From positions 69,130,001 to 69,194,000 of the forward strand of contig OX597823.1 in the NCBI GenBank assembly GCA_951406725.2: a stretch of DNA of 64,000 nt, written 5' to 3'. Below the pieces are notes generated by a model. The model had not been told where the DNA came from and did not search any database. It saw only the letters and a program-made list of their open reading frames with translations. Every line of letters begins with the position of its first letter. The first letter of the stretch is position 1. A program made the position numbers and the translations under genes. Source of the stretch: Octopus vulgaris. Its lineage: Eukaryota. Shown here piece by piece: positions 62,879 through 64,000 of this stretch.

Positions 62879-62944
62879 AGTTATCGTTACTACGAACGAC
62901 AAATACCAAGATAGTTCGAAACATTGTTCTTTCACTAGGTATCA

Positions 62945-63130
62945 TAGTAGTTGCAGTCGTAGTGTCAGCTGATCAGTGTGTGTTGTCGTCGCCGTCCGCT
63001 TATTATTTTGCGTTGTGACATCACTCCAGCTAGCTGCTGATTTTGTAACTGTCTTCTGACTGCCATCTTCTGTATCCGGTCTGATGTCAGCCACCCAGCG
63101 TCTGTCGGTAGTGGCTAAAATGTGCCGAAT
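62945..63130 (+). promoter_or_regulatory. Second CpG-rich putative promoter/first exon
   Basis: Unique GC/CpG-rich patch (gtcgtcgccgtccgc), CRE-like TGACATCA/TGATGTCA and YY1-like GCCATCTT at ~63062. CpG decay resumes downstream. Confidence 0.4.
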
Positions 63131-63179
63131 ATATAATATAAATAATATATAAATATATGCACATATACATACATACATA

Positions 63180-63480
63180 TATGAACATACCTACATATAT
63201 ATGTATATATACATGCATATATGGGTATAGGACATCAGAAACGTTGAACACAATGAGAAACGAAAACATAACCATAGAAACGAACTTATTTTCGAACAAC
63301 GATAAAAACAAACAGAGAAACGAGACATACAATATAAAGAATATTCCCCTTCTTCAGTTGTCCCTGTTTCATTTACTCTGCAAATTCGAAGGCAAGGACA
63401 AGACGCAACTTCGTTGAAACAACCCTTCCCGCAAAGCAAATTAAATAAAATATGGGATTTTTTTGCGGAGAGTGAAAGTG
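63180..63480 (-). mobile_element. Interspersed repeat, same family as 8975-9250
   Basis: ccccttcttcagttgtc..ttcgaaggcaag..cttcccgc..caaattaaataaaat..ttttttgcgg is colinear in reverse with the 8975-9250 segment. Confidence 0.7.
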
Positions 63481-63635
63481 GTAACAAGAACAGGACAGTG
63501 AGAACAAAACAGTAAAAACAAACTGTGAGAGTTGTTAAGTCAAGACGATATAAAAATTATTATGAACACTAGGAAGATGAGTTTATGAAGGATACAGTAT
63601 AGTTGTGTTCTTGCTCAGATGAAATTGTTGTTAGA

Positions 63636-63892
63636 TCTGGATTTGGTAGCAGAAAACTGTCATATATATCTATATCTATGCATGTGTGTGACTTTGTGTC
63701 TGTATTCATCCCCCCAACACACTGCTTCACAACTGGTGTTGGTGTGTTTTAAGTCCCCATAACTTAGCAGTTTGGCAAAAGAGACCAATAGAATAAGTAC
63801 CAGGCTGAACAGGGGGAAAAATATGTACTGGGGTCGATTCAACTAAAACTTCTTCAATGCAGTGCACCAGCATGGCCGCAGTCTAAAACTAA
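63636..63892 (+). mobile_element. SINE family B 3' part, CpG-decayed
   Basis: ccccataacttagcagtttggcaaaagagaccaatag versus the intact ccccgtaacttagcggttcggc of the 61340 copy. Confidence 0.8.
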
Positions 63893-64000
63893 AGGAAGGA
63901 AAACATCTAATAAAACAGTAGTCTCTTAGCAAGTGACTTTTGCAGCTTCTTTTATCAGCTCATAGCATAGGTTCTTAGCATCCAGGAGTAAAAACAGTTT

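Overview
AT-rich, microsatellite-dense eukaryotic DNA. It is almost certainly from a coleoid cephalopod (Octopus-like); this is inferred from remembered SINE families, not from a search. No intact protein-coding gene is recognisable. Nearly all listed ORFs come from (TA)n/(CA)n/(GAT)n/(GAA)n tracts or SINEs. Dozens of copies of four SINE-like families are present (called A-D here). There are also decayed RTE, Penelope-like (PLE) and HERO/R2-type retroelement pieces, a full-length DD41D Tc1/mariner pseudo-element, a mariner deletion derivative, a Tigger/pogo remnant, two piggyBac-type MITEs and four non-autonomous Helitrons. One Helitron carries the 5' end of a Tx1/L1-like LINE ORF1. CpG content shifts sharply: repeats are CpG-decayed in 1-51.3 kb and after about 63.55 kb, and CpG-intact in between. 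Each boundary has a CpG-rich promoter-like patch (about 51.35-51.8 kb and 62.95-63.13 kb). This suggests two divergent, gene-body-methylated genes around an unmethylated intergenic block, with the first 51 kb being mostly intron and 5'UTR of a minus-strand gene. Several fold-back structures are notable, including a tRNA-derived bidirectional hairpin, a loop-less 88-bp palindrome and hammerhead-like PLE termini. Repeat boundaries are approximate unless termini are quoted.
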